64,000 nucleotides of DNA, taken from assembly GCA_964510025.1 (NCBI GenBank), contig CAZDZV010000008.1:1-64000 (forward strand), in the 5' to 3' direction. This DNA is from an uncultured Methanosarcinales archaeon. Its GTDB lineage: Archaea; Nanobdellota; Nanobdellia; Woesearchaeales; DATDXC01. The notes beneath the pieces are model-generated. The model worked only from the letters and a program-made list of their open reading frames with translations. It was not told the origin of the DNA and did no database searches. Below, one piece after another: positions 41,264 through 51,303 of this stretch (the first letter of the stretch is position 1; every line of letters begins with the position of its first letter). Both the position numbers and the translations under genes were made by a program.

Positions 41264-41339
41264 TTTATTTATAATTATTTATATTTATTTTAACTTCTTT
41301 TTATTTTTATATATTTCTATTTACTTCTATGTATGTATA

Positions 41340-42203
41340 CTAAATTAATATGAACAATACATTGCCATATGCTAATGTTACTATGAATGCGATAAGGAAA
41401 CTTGGAATAAACGGAATACCTTCTTTTATCAGGACTTTGTTTAGCTTCTTTGAGCGATAAAGCTTCAGCAATTTTTTAATCTGTTTTTTGGATATACCCA
41501 GATCTTTCGGTCCGCAGATATATTTTCCTTTGATTTTTATTTCATTGCCTATCCAGTCACCTTCTGTCAGCTCTGTAGGCTTCACGTATTTATACATGCA
41601 GGCCTTTTCTATTATCTTAACATACAACCAAACATAGTAGAACAGAAGAACCATCATCACAAATATTGCCAGAAATCTTAGCAACAAATCCTGGGTTATA
41701 AATAAAATAAAAACAGCAACCAGAAGCAAAGATACCAAGATGGTATTTATCACCTTATTTTTTTCAAAAATCTTTTTTGATTCTCTTGCAAATTTCTTCC
41801 TGTTCTTAAGAGCTAGAAAAACACTCCAGATAATCCCATAAAAAGCCCCTGTAAGCAGGACATTTATCAAAAAAGACAGGAGAGAAAAGCTCTGGTAATT
41901 CAGGTTAAATATGTCCAGGCCAATGAGCGCTCCGATTGCCATTATCATCTTGGAGTCACCGCCGCCCCACTGGCCAGTATAGAACATGCCGAGAGCAATC
42001 AAAAGGCAAAGCAAAAAACCTGCAATACTGTTAACGATATAGCCCCATGTTTGGAATATTATCGAAGCAAAAAGGTTGACAGCAAATCCAGTGGCTATCA
42101 GGCTAAAGTTAAGCCAATCAGGAACTTCCCTTGTTTTCATGTCAGTAAAGGAAGCTACGACTAATCCTATGAATACTATTATCAGTATTGTCAAAACCAC
42201 CAC
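41340..42203 (-). CDS. A24-family prepilin/preflagellin peptidase (FlaK/PibD-like)
   Basis: Multi-TM protein with catalytic TDMKTREVPD and GGGDSK motifs; C-terminal IPFIPSFLIA. Confidence 0.9.
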   Translation of the reverse strand: MVVLTILIIVFIGLVVASFTDMKTREVPDWLNFSLIATGFAVNLFASIIFQTWGYIVNSIAGFLLCLLIALGMFYTGQWGGGDSKMIMAIGALIGLDIFNLNYQSFSLLSFLINVLLTGAFYGIIWSVFLALKNRKKFARESKKIFEKNKVINTILVSLLLVAVFILFITQDLLLRFLAIFVMMVLLFYYVWLYVKIIEKACMYKYVKPTELTEGDWIGNEIKIKGKYICGPKDLGISKKQIKKLLKLYRSKKLNKVLIKEGIPFIPSFLIAFIVTLAYGNVLFILI

Positions 42204-42282
42204 TTTCCCAACAGAAGTGCTTAGAAATAATAATCTTTATAAATATTACTATATTATGTATACTATCATCTAGAAGTAAAAG

Positions 42283-43032
42283 ATGGACATTGATAAAAAT
42301 ATCGTGGGGAAGGTCAGGGAAATTCTAGGGTCAGACAACGGATTCATAAGGCTGAAATTACCAAAACATATTGCTATAGTCACAGAAGGGAAAACCATCT
42401 GGGCAAAGAAGCATAATGTGGATATACAGGAAGCCTATAAGAAAAGCTTTCTGATAATAAGAAGCACAACGCTTTCTGCCATAAAGATGGATATCCCTAT
42501 CCTTACATTCTACCTTCTTGGCCCAAACATGAAGGACCTGGAGCAATTTTCCATCCTGATGGATTCCCTAAAGGATTTTTTCGCAGATATAAGCAAGCGG
42601 GATTTCATACACAAAAGCAGGGTAAAGGTAACTGTCTTCGGCAAATGGTATGACCTTCCAGGCAGAGTTGTAGAATCTATAAAGAAAGCCGTCGATGAGA
42701 CAAAGGACTATGATGATTTTTTTGTGAACTTCTGCATAAATTATTCAGGCCATGATGAAATAATCGATGCAGTCAAGCTAATAGCAAGACAGGTCAAGGC
42801 CGGCAAGATAGATGTCGATGCCATATCATCAAACATGATCAAGGAGAATATATACAGCTCTTATTTTCTGCCGCCTGACCTGATAATAGTCAACGGGCTG
42901 CAGAAGTCTATAGGGGGTCTGCTGCTGTGGGATTCAGCGAAAAGCCAGGTCTACTTCACAGGACAGCTATGGCCTGATTTTGACAGGACCTTTTTTATGG
43001 ATGCAATAAAAGACTACCAGAAAGGAAAATGA
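42283..43032 (+). CDS. cis-prenyltransferase (UppS-fold) homolog with degenerate catalytic motifs
   Basis: LPKHIAIV, INYSGHDEIIDAV, PPDLII and YFTGQLWPDF are UppS-like. The DGNRR motif is replaced by EGKTI. Confidence 0.8.
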   Translation: MDIDKNIVGKVREILGSDNGFIRLKLPKHIAIVTEGKTIWAKKHNVDIQEAYKKSFLIIRSTTLSAIKMDIPILTFYLLGPNMKDLEQFSILMDSLKDFFADISKRDFIHKSRVKVTVFGKWYDLPGRVVESIKKAVDETKDYDDFFVNFCINYSGHDEIIDAVKLIARQVKAGKIDVDAISSNMIKENIYSSYFLPPDLIIVNGLQKSIGGLLLWDSAKSQVYFTGQLWPDFDRTFFMDAIKDYQKGK

Positions 43033-43650
43033 CTATTTAGCCACTTCTTGTGCCTTGGCTGCCCTTCTTTGGCTGTCGGCGGTAGCCTGCTCCTGTCTTG
43101 CGCCTGCCTGAAGTGCTTCCACCGGAGTTCCTTGAGGAGCACCTTCTTCCTGGGCTATCTCTTGGGTAGCTTTTTCCAGATTGTCTGCCTCAGCAGCGTC
43201 CTGGCCTGCTTCTTTCGCGATATCCGCAGTAAGCTTCTCGATACTGATGTCGATAAGCTCTATCGTCTTCGTAACCCTATCCCTGTTTTCTGTGCCCATA
43301 ATTCGCATAATGTGCGTTTTAAGTCTTTCCCACTCATTTATTGCTCTCTGCACTTCCCGCTCTTCCACGACAATGTTGTCTTTTTCCAGCCTGAGAAAAA
43401 TTCTTTTGATCCCGTCGCACTCCGCTTTCACATATTTTTTGACGGCACCCTGAAAGTAACCAGGAAGCCGCCGGAAAAGGGATTTTAATTTCAGTGTGGT
43501 ACGTTCTTCGTCCATTTCAGTTCTCAATTTTCCTCTAGCTGCCTGTTCTGCCCTTCTAAGAAATCCGATTTCATTCTCTATCTGGGACTCTCTAGTGTCT
43601 TTTCTAAAAAAGATAGAAAATAGGTTCTTGAGCCAGTCAAAAATGAACAT
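43033..43650 (-). CDS. Hypothetical helical/coiled-coil protein with amphipathic N-terminus
   Basis: 205-aa ORF, E/K/R/A-rich, fills the space between its neighbours. Confidence 0.6.
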   Translation of the reverse strand: MFIFDWLKNLFSIFFRKDTRESQIENEIGFLRRAEQAARGKLRTEMDEERTTLKLKSLFRRLPGYFQGAVKKYVKAECDGIKRIFLRLEKDNIVVEEREVQRAINEWERLKTHIMRIMGTENRDRVTKTIELIDISIEKLTADIAKEAGQDAAEADNLEKATQEIAQEEGAPQGTPVEALQAGARQEQATADSQRRAAKAQEVAK

Positions 43651-43692
43651 ATTGGCTATTTTATCATTGGACTATAAAAACTTTATTCCAAA

Positions 43693-45768
43693 TCAGTACC
43701 AATTGTAGCTGTTTTCGCTGTACGGCAGGCTGATCTCATCTATCTCATCGAGACCATCAATCTCATTCATCTTGAGCGTTTTAGCTGAGACCGTATACAA
43801 CACGTCGTCCATGTAGAGACTCCTCCTTACTGCATCAGGGGAATTCCAATACCATCTGTCTGAAGCATCTTCCTCGTGTATTACCTTGCCTCTTAGCGAA
43901 ATGCCATTGGGATCAATACCAAAAACATAGGCGCCTTGTGTTAGACTGTTCCTATAGTAGCCGTATTTTGGGTCCCTGAACCGCCCAGTAACCTCTCTTA
44001 CAGGTATCACGAGCAGATTCCTTTTCCTGTCAAAAAGGAAAGCCTTATGGTCCCTTAAGGCCTCTGAATCTGTTCCTGGCTCGCCTATCTCATATTTGTC
44101 TACCTGCTTTGGGTTTTCCACGTCCGAGACGTCGAAAAGGGCAATCTTGACTCCACCAGTAGACACCCCGCCCCACTGGTTGCCTTCTGTTTCCTTGCCG
44201 ATGCCAATTATGTGGTCCTCATCGTAGGGATGCAGATAGTCGGAAAAGCCCGGTATCTTAAGCTCTCCAAGAATCTCTGGCTTTTTCGGATCAGAAAGAT
44301 CCACAACAAAAAACGGGTCTATATTTTTGAAGGTAACCATATACAACCTTTCTCCAATGAACCTGGCTGAATATATCCTCTCTTCGGGCGCGATGTCCTC
44401 GATCTTTCCAATCACGTCCAAATCATGATCCAAGACATATACATTGTTGTACATGGTAGAGCCCTGCCTATATATATAGGTGGTAGTAGCTACCCTAAGA
44501 TTGTCTTCATATTCATCCATTGAGAACTGGTTTAAGAGATAGCCTTCAACTTCACCTCTTGCTCGGTATTCAATCTTTCCATCATCTATGCTGATCTTAT
44601 GTATAACGGTTTTTCTTCGTTCGGCCTCCATCTTCGCCTCGTATTCCTCAACTGCCTGTTCGATCTCCTGAATGAGATCCTGCTTGTCATCTTCATCCAT
44701 GTTGTTATACATGTCCTCCAGGATTAGGGATATTCGGTCCCATCTTTGGTAGGAACTGATGCTGTTGTCGTTCTTAACAGAGATGATCTCTGAACGAGCA
44801 TCAGCAGGCAGCAATGGAAGGACCACATTGTAAAACCTCTCTTCATTTCGGGCGCGGTAGTCTATCCATGGTATGTTTTTCTGATAAGCTATGTATATAT
44901 TGCCTTTTGATACATAAAGGCTGTTTGAATACCCCATCATGAATGTCTTGGCATCTATAGTGCTGCCAAAAATGTCAAAGCCTGCTATTGTGTGGAAAAT
45001 GTAGTCATCCTCTGGATTGTCAAAATAATATATCTCTGGCTGAACAGCAATGCCACCCTTTTCCCTGATTACGGGCAGGTCGATGAGGTTGTTATAGTAG
45101 TAGATATCCTCTTTTACCACAAAATAAACATACTCATCGATCATCCTTGACTCAAAATAGTTTCCATTCAGGCTGTAGTCCTCTATGAGCTCTGGATTCT
45201 CCCTGTCTGATATGTCATAGATCAGGGCATGGGTTTTCTGAGCTGGCCTTCTTCTGGGAACATAGTCATATTCAGATATCACATAGGTGTCTTCGTAGTC
45301 GTCAGTGAATATAACCAGCCTGTCATCCTTCAGCAGCATGTTCCTTGGCCTTGCCTTTATTTCTGTCTCTGATATTATCTCAGCGTCTTCTGCAGGATAG
45401 GCGTCCACAATAACAAGCTTGTCCTGGGCTATCAGGTAGATATGCTTGCCATCGTTCTTGACAAAATCAGCTTCATCGACGCCCTGGACCTGCACATTAG
45501 TTGTTGAAAAATCATCAGCCTTGGCTTCAGCAGCTTCCATTACCATATCAGCGCCTGCAAGACCTCTTGCTGCACCATAGGATGGTACTGTCCTGCCAGC
45601 CTGATCCAAGAATTCTAAAATTTCCTGTTTTGACTGGAATTTTTTCAGTTCCTGTCCATCATTGCCATCCTCAGTGGCCGGCGGCTCAACCCTTACCTCA
45701 CATGCTGACAGAAGCAGCATGGATAAAAGCAAAAATGATGTAAATATTCTAAAGTCCATTGCTATCAC
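43693..45768 (-). CDS. Secreted beta-propeller-domain lipoprotein (COG4880-like)
   Basis: Lipobox LLSAC; STTNVQVQGVDEADFVKNDG, LNQFSMDEY, GELKIPGFSDYLHP. Confidence 0.88.
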   Translation of the reverse strand: MIAMDFRIFTSFLLLSMLLLSACEVRVEPPATEDGNDGQELKKFQSKQEILEFLDQAGRTVPSYGAARGLAGADMVMEAAEAKADDFSTTNVQVQGVDEADFVKNDGKHIYLIAQDKLVIVDAYPAEDAEIISETEIKARPRNMLLKDDRLVIFTDDYEDTYVISEYDYVPRRRPAQKTHALIYDISDRENPELIEDYSLNGNYFESRMIDEYVYFVVKEDIYYYNNLIDLPVIREKGGIAVQPEIYYFDNPEDDYIFHTIAGFDIFGSTIDAKTFMMGYSNSLYVSKGNIYIAYQKNIPWIDYRARNEERFYNVVLPLLPADARSEIISVKNDNSISSYQRWDRISLILEDMYNNMDEDDKQDLIQEIEQAVEEYEAKMEAERRKTVIHKISIDDGKIEYRARGEVEGYLLNQFSMDEYEDNLRVATTTYIYRQGSTMYNNVYVLDHDLDVIGKIEDIAPEERIYSARFIGERLYMVTFKNIDPFFVVDLSDPKKPEILGELKIPGFSDYLHPYDEDHIIGIGKETEGNQWGGVSTGGVKIALFDVSDVENPKQVDKYEIGEPGTDSEALRDHKAFLFDRKRNLLVIPVREVTGRFRDPKYGYYRNSLTQGAYVFGIDPNGISLRGKVIHEEDASDRWYWNSPDAVRRSLYMDDVLYTVSAKTLKMNEIDGLDEIDEISLPYSENSYNWY

Positions 45769-45877
45769 CTGTAATATTGGTTATGAAGCATATATAAATA
45801 GGTTGCCTTTATTTCAATCTGGGTTGAAGTTATTAAAAGCAAAACCTTTTTAAACTGAATCCTAATCCCTGTGTATA

Positions 45878-45942
45878 CCTATGATTAATGAACCCTATCG
45901 GGTGAATGAGGAAGTTTTCTAATTTTCCTCAGTGGAAGGTGA
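45878..45942 (+). promoter_or_regulatory. L7Ae 5' leader with tandem kink-turns and a competing hairpin next to the SD sequence
   Basis: CC-UAU-GA-UU-AAU-GA-ACCC-UAUC-GGGU-GA-AU-GA-GG; TATA-like TTTTTAAA near 45847-45854; SD GGAAGGTGA at 45934-45942. Confidence 0.7.
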
Positions 45943-45947
45943 AAAAT

Positions 45948-46292
45948 ATGGCAGAATTAGCAAAAGATGTAATTGAGAATGTATACGAAGCTATAGAGGT
46001 AGCCAAGACAACAGGCAAGATCAGAAAAGGAACAAACGAGACGACCAAAGCTATTGAAAAAGGAGAAGCAAAGCTGGCCATAGTGGCCAAAGATGTAACA
46101 CCGCCTGAGATTGTCATGCATATACCTTTGATTGCTAAGGAGAAAGAAATTCCATGCGTGGAAGTTCCGAGCAAGGAAGAGCTTGGCGCAGCTGCAGGCA
46201 TCAATGTGGGCACAAGCTCTGTGGTGATCGTCAAGGAAGGCGAAGCAAAGGAGCTTGTTAAGAAATTATCTGAAAAGCTGAAGACTGAGTAA
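45948..46292 (+). CDS. rpl7ae: 50S ribosomal protein L7Ae
   Basis: [17 protein letters not shown]...[12 protein letters not shown]...[12 protein letters not shown]-preceded ATG at 45948. Confidence 0.97.
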   Translation: MAELAKDVIENVYEAIEVAKTTGKIRKGTNETTKAIEKGEAKLAIVAKDVTPPEIVMHIPLIAKEKEIPCVEVPSKEELGAAAGINVGTSSVVIVKEGEAKELVKKLSEKLKTE

Positions 46293-46294
46293 AG

Positions 46295-46582
46295 ATGGCG
46301 CAGGAGAAAAGATTTCAAAAGAAGAAAGAGGACGCAAAGAAGTCAGCGGTCCATTTCAGCCATGCATTTCCCGCAAAGGTTGAGGAGATAATCGGAAGGA
46401 CAGGTACAAGAGGCGAGGCAATCCAGGTGCGGTGCAGGGTTCTGGAAGGCAGGGACGAAAAAAAGATACTAAGAAGAAATGTCAAAGGGCCGGTGCAGGT
46501 AGGGGATATCCTAATGCTGAGGGAGACAGAGATTGAAGCAAGACCATTGACCAGCGGATCAGGCAGAGGAGGCTCGAAATAA
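46295..46582 (+). CDS. rps28e: 30S ribosomal protein S28e with N-terminal extension
   Basis: [21 protein letters not shown]...[23 protein letters not shown]. Confidence 0.96.
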   Translation: MAQEKRFQKKKEDAKKSAVHFSHAFPAKVEEIIGRTGTRGEAIQVRCRVLEGRDEKKILRRNVKGPVQVGDILMLRETEIEARPLTSGSGRGGSK

Positions 46583-46753
46583 ATGGTCAAATGCACATTT
46601 TGCGGAGAGGTTATGAGGCATGGTACCGGAAAGATGTATGTTCAGAAAGATGCTAAGGTTCTCTACTTTTGCAGCTCTAAATGCGAAAAGAACATGCTGA
46701 AACTGAAGAGAAAGCCCATAACTACCAGATGGAGCTCAAGGTATGAAAAATAA
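46583..46753 (+). CDS. rpl24e: 50S ribosomal protein L24e, 56 aa, missing from the ORF track
   Basis: Manual translation: MVKCTFCGEVMRHGTGKMYVQKDAKVLYFCSSKCEKNMLKLKRKPITTRWSSRYEK*. Confidence 0.95.
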   Translation: MVKCTFCGEVMRHGTGKMYVQKDAKVLYFCSSKCEKNMLKLKRKPITTRWSSRYEK

Positions 46754-47264
46754 GGTGGCTAAGGTGGCTGTAGAGCAATCTCTGGTGCTGATAAAGCCGG
46801 ACGGACTTGTGAAATCACTGACAGGCAACATAATAACAAAGCTGTCTGAGACAGAGCTTAAGATAGTAGGCGCGAAGATAGTCCAGGTGACAAGGGAGCT
46901 CGCAGAGGAGCACTATCAGCAGCTAAGGGAAGAGAAGTTTTTTGACGAACTTATACAGTACATAATGGGCGATTATCACACAAAAAGGGTTTTGGCTATG
47001 GTGTATCACGGAGAGAATGCCATCAACAAGATAAGAAGGATCGTAGGCGAGACAAATCCAGAAAAGGCTGATCCAATAAGCATAAGGGGGAAATACGGCA
47101 GGATAACCACATCTGGCGTCTTTGAAAATGTGGTTCATGCTTCTGTGAATGTTGAGGAAGCTGAGAGAGAGATAAAGCTTTGGTTCAGGCCTGATGAGCT
47201 CTCTCACACGATATACCCTACTGAGATAAATGAAGTAAAGATCGACAGGGTCTTTTGGAAATGA
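46743..47264 (+). CDS. ndk: Nucleoside-diphosphate kinase
   Basis: EQSLVLIKPDG, GETNPEKADPISIRG, ENVVHAS. The true start may be a slightly downstream GTG. Confidence 0.95.
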   Translation: MKNKVAKVAVEQSLVLIKPDGLVKSLTGNIITKLSETELKIVGAKIVQVTRELAEEHYQQLREEKFFDELIQYIMGDYHTKRVLAMVYHGENAINKIRRIVGETNPEKADPISIRGKYGRITTSGVFENVVHASVNVEEAEREIKLWFRPDELSHTIYPTEINEVKIDRVFWK

Positions 47265-47281
47265 TTTAGGAGGTTGTTACT

Positions 47282-49465
47282 ATGGGAGAAAAGATGGTTG
47301 AGAAGGTTCAGAGGATCATGAAGATACCTGAGCAGATCAGGAATATCTGCACATCTGCCCATATTGACCATGGCAAAACTACTTTTTCAGACAACCTTCT
47401 TGCAGGGGCTGGCATGATGTCAGAGGATCTTGCAGGAAAACAGCTGGCGCTGGATTTTCATGAGGATGAGGCTGAGAGGGGAATAACTATCGACACAGCT
47501 GCAGTCAACATGGTTCATGCTTTTGAGGGAAAAGAGTATCTAATAAACCTGCTAGATACGCCGGGACACGTGGATTTCGGAGGAGACGTGACAAGGGCGA
47601 TGCGCGCTGTGGATGGCACTATCGTTCTTGTGTGCGCAGTCGAGGGGGTCATGCCCCAGACAGAGACCGTATTCAGGCAGGCACTTAAGGAGCTAGTCAA
47701 GCCAGTGCTGTTCATCAATAAGGTAGACAGGCTCATAAAAGAGCTCCAGCTGACTCCTGACAAGATGCAGGAGAGGTTTATATCCATAATCAACAACGTA
47801 AATAAGATAATAAGGGAGATTGCGCCTAAGGAATATAAGGATAAATGGCAGGTTTCTGTCAAGGACGGAACAGTGGCTTTCGGTTCAGCCTTCCATAACT
47901 GGGCGTTGTCTGTGCCTTACATGGAGAAATCAGGCATCACGTTTAAGGATGTTATAGATGCATACAACGGCAACGATACAGAAAAGATAAAAGAGCTGGC
48001 GAAGAAAGCGCCTTTGCATAATATCGTGCTAAACATGTCAATAAGGCACCACCCTAATCCTGTGGATGCCCAGAAGTACAGGATCCCGAAAATCTGGCAT
48101 GGTGAGCTTGAAAGCGAAGAAGGAAAATCCCTGCTAGAATGCAACAAGGAAGGCCCGCTATTTTTTGTGGTCACAAAGATAACTGTGGATCCGCAAGCAG
48201 GTGAGATCTCAGCAGGAAGGCTTTTCTCAGGAAGCATGAAGAAAGGGATCAATGTATACCTTAACAGGGGAAAGCAGAATAGCAAGATACAGCAGGTTTT
48301 CATCTACAACGGAGCAAAACGTGAGATAGTAGAGGAGGTGCCTGCCGGAAACATAATAGGGATAGGCGGCGTCAAGTCATTTTCTGGAGAGACAATAACA
48401 CTTGAGCCTACAGAGCCTTTCGAGAAGATAAGCCATATTTTCGAGCCTGTCATAACAAAGGCTATTGAGGCGAAAAAGCCCAGCGATCTGCCAAAGCTGA
48501 TCGATGTTCTCAGAATGGTGGCTAAAGAAGACCCTACTGTGCAGGTTGAGATCAACGAAGAGACAGGGGAGCATCTGCTGCACGGAATGGGGGAGCTTCA
48601 TCTGGAGGTCATCGAGAACAGGATAAGGACAGAGAAGGGGGTAGATGTTCAGACTACACCTCCGATTGTCGTATACAGGGAAACGGTTATGAAAACAAGC
48701 CCTGAAATAGAGGGAAAGACACCCAACAAGCATAATAAATTCTATTTTCATGTAGAACCGCTTGAGGATAGCATATATAATGCTATAAAGAGCGGCGATC
48801 TTCCCAAGGAAACTAGGCTGAAAAAGAAGGATACAGCGATAAGAGATAAGCTGGTGGAGCTGGGCATGGATTCAAAGAAGGCAGAAAAGGTGAAAGGCTT
48901 CTTTGAAGGGAATATCCTTATAGATTCGACAAGGGGGCAGGTCCATCTTGGCGAGGTCATTGAGATGATCTTTGATATGTTCGAGGATGTCATGAAAAAC
49001 GGGCCCCTGGCAAGGGAACCTTGCACGAAGGTGAAGATCTATCTGGATGACATGAAACTGCACGAAGATGCAATACACAGGGGACCTGGACAGGTTTACC
49101 CAGCTGTGAGGGAAGGGATAAGGGGAGCTATGATGCAGGCCAGGCCGATCATCTTTGAGCCCCTGCAGATACTTCATATCGAGGCACCAGTCGACCATAT
49201 GGGCGATGTGAGCAAACTGATCAGCAATAAAAGGGGACAGCTGCTGGACATGCAGCAGCAGGGCAGCCTTGTAATTGTAAAGGCGAAGCTTCCTGTAGCT
49301 GAGATGATAGGCTGGAGCTCTGACCTAAGGTCATCTACCGGAGGCAGGGGCACGTCCAGCCTTATGGACCAGATGTTCGAGAAGCTGCCAGATGAAATGC
49401 AGCAGAAAATAGTCAAGCAGATCAAGGACAGGAAAGGCCTTTCAGATTCACAGGTAGGAGTCTAG
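47282..49465 (+). CDS. fusA: Translation elongation factor aEF-2
   Basis: AHIDHGKTT, RGITI, DTPGHVDF, NKVD; diphthamide loop LHEDAIHRGP. Confidence 0.98.
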   Translation: MGEKMVEKVQRIMKIPEQIRNICTSAHIDHGKTTFSDNLLAGAGMMSEDLAGKQLALDFHEDEAERGITIDTAAVNMVHAFEGKEYLINLLDTPGHVDFGGDVTRAMRAVDGTIVLVCAVEGVMPQTETVFRQALKELVKPVLFINKVDRLIKELQLTPDKMQERFISIINNVNKIIREIAPKEYKDKWQVSVKDGTVAFGSAFHNWALSVPYMEKSGITFKDVIDAYNGNDTEKIKELAKKAPLHNIVLNMSIRHHPNPVDAQKYRIPKIWHGELESEEGKSLLECNKEGPLFFVVTKITVDPQAGEISAGRLFSGSMKKGINVYLNRGKQNSKIQQVFIYNGAKREIVEEVPAGNIIGIGGVKSFSGETITLEPTEPFEKISHIFEPVITKAIEAKKPSDLPKLIDVLRMVAKEDPTVQVEINEETGEHLLHGMGELHLEVIENRIRTEKGVDVQTTPPIVVYRETVMKTSPEIEGKTPNKHNKFYFHVEPLEDSIYNAIKSGDLPKETRLKKKDTAIRDKLVELGMDSKKAEKVKGFFEGNILIDSTRGQVHLGEVIEMIFDMFEDVMKNGPLAREPCTKVKIYLDDMKLHEDAIHRGPGQVYPAVREGIRGAMMQARPIIFEPLQILHIEAPVDHMGDVSKLISNKRGQLLDMQQQGSLVIVKAKLPVAEMIGWSSDLRSSTGGRGTSSLMDQMFEKLPDEMQQKIVKQIKDRKGLSDSQVGV

Positions 49466-49589
49466 ATTAAGGTTCATCGTCGAAATACAACTGCATAAGG
49501 CATCGGTTTTTTCCTCTAGAAAAACCCAAAGCTTTATAAAGAAAATATAATTTCCAATTAGTGCTATAATTTAATGGAGGGTATGTAAT

Positions 49590-50873
49590 ATGGCAAAAGG
49601 AAAACCACATATAAACATTGTATTTATCGGACATGTTGACTCAGGAAAGTCAACCACAGTTGGAAGACTTCTATTCGACTCAAAAAATATCGATGAACAG
49701 GCAATGCGAAAGCTCAAAGAAAAGGCTGAAGAGCTCGGAAAAGGCGGCTTTGAGTTCGCTTTTGTGATGGACAACCTGAAGGAGGAGAGAGAAAGAGGAG
49801 TTACAATTGACCTGGCCCACAAGAAATTTGAGACAAATAAGTATTACTTCACTATAATTGATGCACCTGGCCACAAGGACTTTATCAAGAACATGATAAC
49901 AGGGGCATCACAGGCTGATGTGGGTGTTCTTGTTGTTAGCGCTCCAAGCGGAGTGGAAGCACAGACCAAAGAGCATGTTTTCCTGGCAAGAACACTAGGC
50001 GTCAATGAGATGATAGTAGCAATCAACAAGATGGATATGGTCAACTATGATGAGGCAAAATACAACAAAATCAAGGAAGATGTGTCTAACCTCATGAAGA
50101 CAGTCGGCTATAAGCCTGAGGAGATACCTTTTGTCCCAGTGGCATCACTGCCCGGGGATAATGTCTTTAACAAATCAGACAAGATGTCATGGTGGAAAGG
50201 CAAGACATTGATGGAACAGATGGACGAGATCAAGGAGCCAGAAAAGCCCACAGACCTTCCACTGAGGTTGCCTATACAGGATGTTTATAACATAACAGGA
50301 ATTGGAGTAGTGCCTGTAGGAAGAGTAGAAACAGGTGTCATGAAGATAGGTGACAAGGTTACTGTTGTCCCAGGAAGAGAAGGAAAAGGGGTCAGCGGAG
50401 AAGTTAAGACCATAGAGATGCATCATGAACAGATGCAGGAAGCCACACCCGGCGATAACATAGGATTCAATGTAAGAGGGATCAACAAGAAAGACATCCA
50501 AAGGGGAGATGTGCTCGGACATTCAGACAATGTTCCGACAGTAGCCACAGAGTTTACAGCAAGAATGATTGTGCTGAACCATCCGACTGTAATAACAGTA
50601 GGTTATACACCTGTATTCCATATCCACACAGCGCAGGTCGCATGCCAGGTAACGGCAATAGAGAAGAAGCTGAACCCGACAACAGGAGAGGTGTTGCAGG
50701 AGAATCCTGACTTTATCAAGAACGGAGATGCTGCAATAGTCAAGATAAAACCTGTTCAGCCGCTGGTCATAGAGAAGACAGAGGAAATACCGCAGATGTC
50801 AAGGTTTGCGGTAAGGGACTCTGGCGCTACAGTTGCTGCAGGCATGTGTATTGACCTCGTTAAGAAAAGCTAG
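49590..50873 (+). CDS. tuf: Translation elongation factor aEF-1alpha
   Basis: [30 protein letters not shown]; own TATA (TTTATAAA about 49533-49540) and GGAGG SD. Confidence 0.98.
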   Translation: MAKGKPHINIVFIGHVDSGKSTTVGRLLFDSKNIDEQAMRKLKEKAEELGKGGFEFAFVMDNLKEERERGVTIDLAHKKFETNKYYFTIIDAPGHKDFIKNMITGASQADVGVLVVSAPSGVEAQTKEHVFLARTLGVNEMIVAINKMDMVNYDEAKYNKIKEDVSNLMKTVGYKPEEIPFVPVASLPGDNVFNKSDKMSWWKGKTLMEQMDEIKEPEKPTDLPLRLPIQDVYNITGIGVVPVGRVETGVMKIGDKVTVVPGREGKGVSGEVKTIEMHHEQMQEATPGDNIGFNVRGINKKDIQRGDVLGHSDNVPTVATEFTARMIVLNHPTVITVGYTPVFHIHTAQVACQVTAIEKKLNPTTGEVLQENPDFIKNGDAAIVKIKPVQPLVIEKTEEIPQMSRFAVRDSGATVAAGMCIDLVKKS

Positions 50874-50943
50874 ATACTTTTTCCTTTAATAGGGTCATGG
50901 TGAGTTTTCACCTTATCATGAAGCACACTCCACAACAGTCAAA

Positions 50944-51252
50944 ATGCAGAAAGCAAGAATCAAATTAGCAAGCGTAGACATTGATAAGATCAATGAAATA
51001 TGTAGTGCTATCAAGGATATTGCGGAAAAGACCGGCGTGGAGATGCGCGGACCTATACCTTTACCTACAAAAAAGCTCAAGATTACCACTAGAAAGGGGC
51101 CGGATGGTGGCGGGACTTCTACATGGGAAAGGTATGAGATGAGGGTCCACAAGAGGGTCATTGACCTAGGCCTTGATGAAAGGGCCTTGAGGCTCGTGAT
51201 GAGGGTGCATATACCTGAAGGCCTCAATATCGAGATAGAGATGATCGAGTAA
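50944..51252 (+). CDS. rpsJ: 30S ribosomal protein S10
   Basis: MQKARIKL...[10 protein letters not shown]...[15 protein letters not shown]. Confidence 0.97.
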   Translation: MQKARIKLASVDIDKINEICSAIKDIAEKTGVEMRGPIPLPTKKLKITTRKGPDGGGTSTWERYEMRVHKRVIDLGLDERALRLVMRVHIPEGLNIEIEMIE

Positions 51253-51303
51253 TCCTTAAGGTTAAATATTAAGTTTTTATAATTCTATTGCTATGTAGGT
51301 CAT

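Noticed and set aside
45906..45947. N-terminal extension of L7Ae suggested by the ORF track
   Set aside because: The SD precedes the ATG at 45948, and the upstream ATG is part of the K-turn leader.
50890..50925. Hairpin between tuf and rpsJ as an ncRNA
   Set aside because: It is only a short imperfect stem (TCATG-GTGA...TCAC...CATGA) with no recognisable family; the evidence is insufficient.
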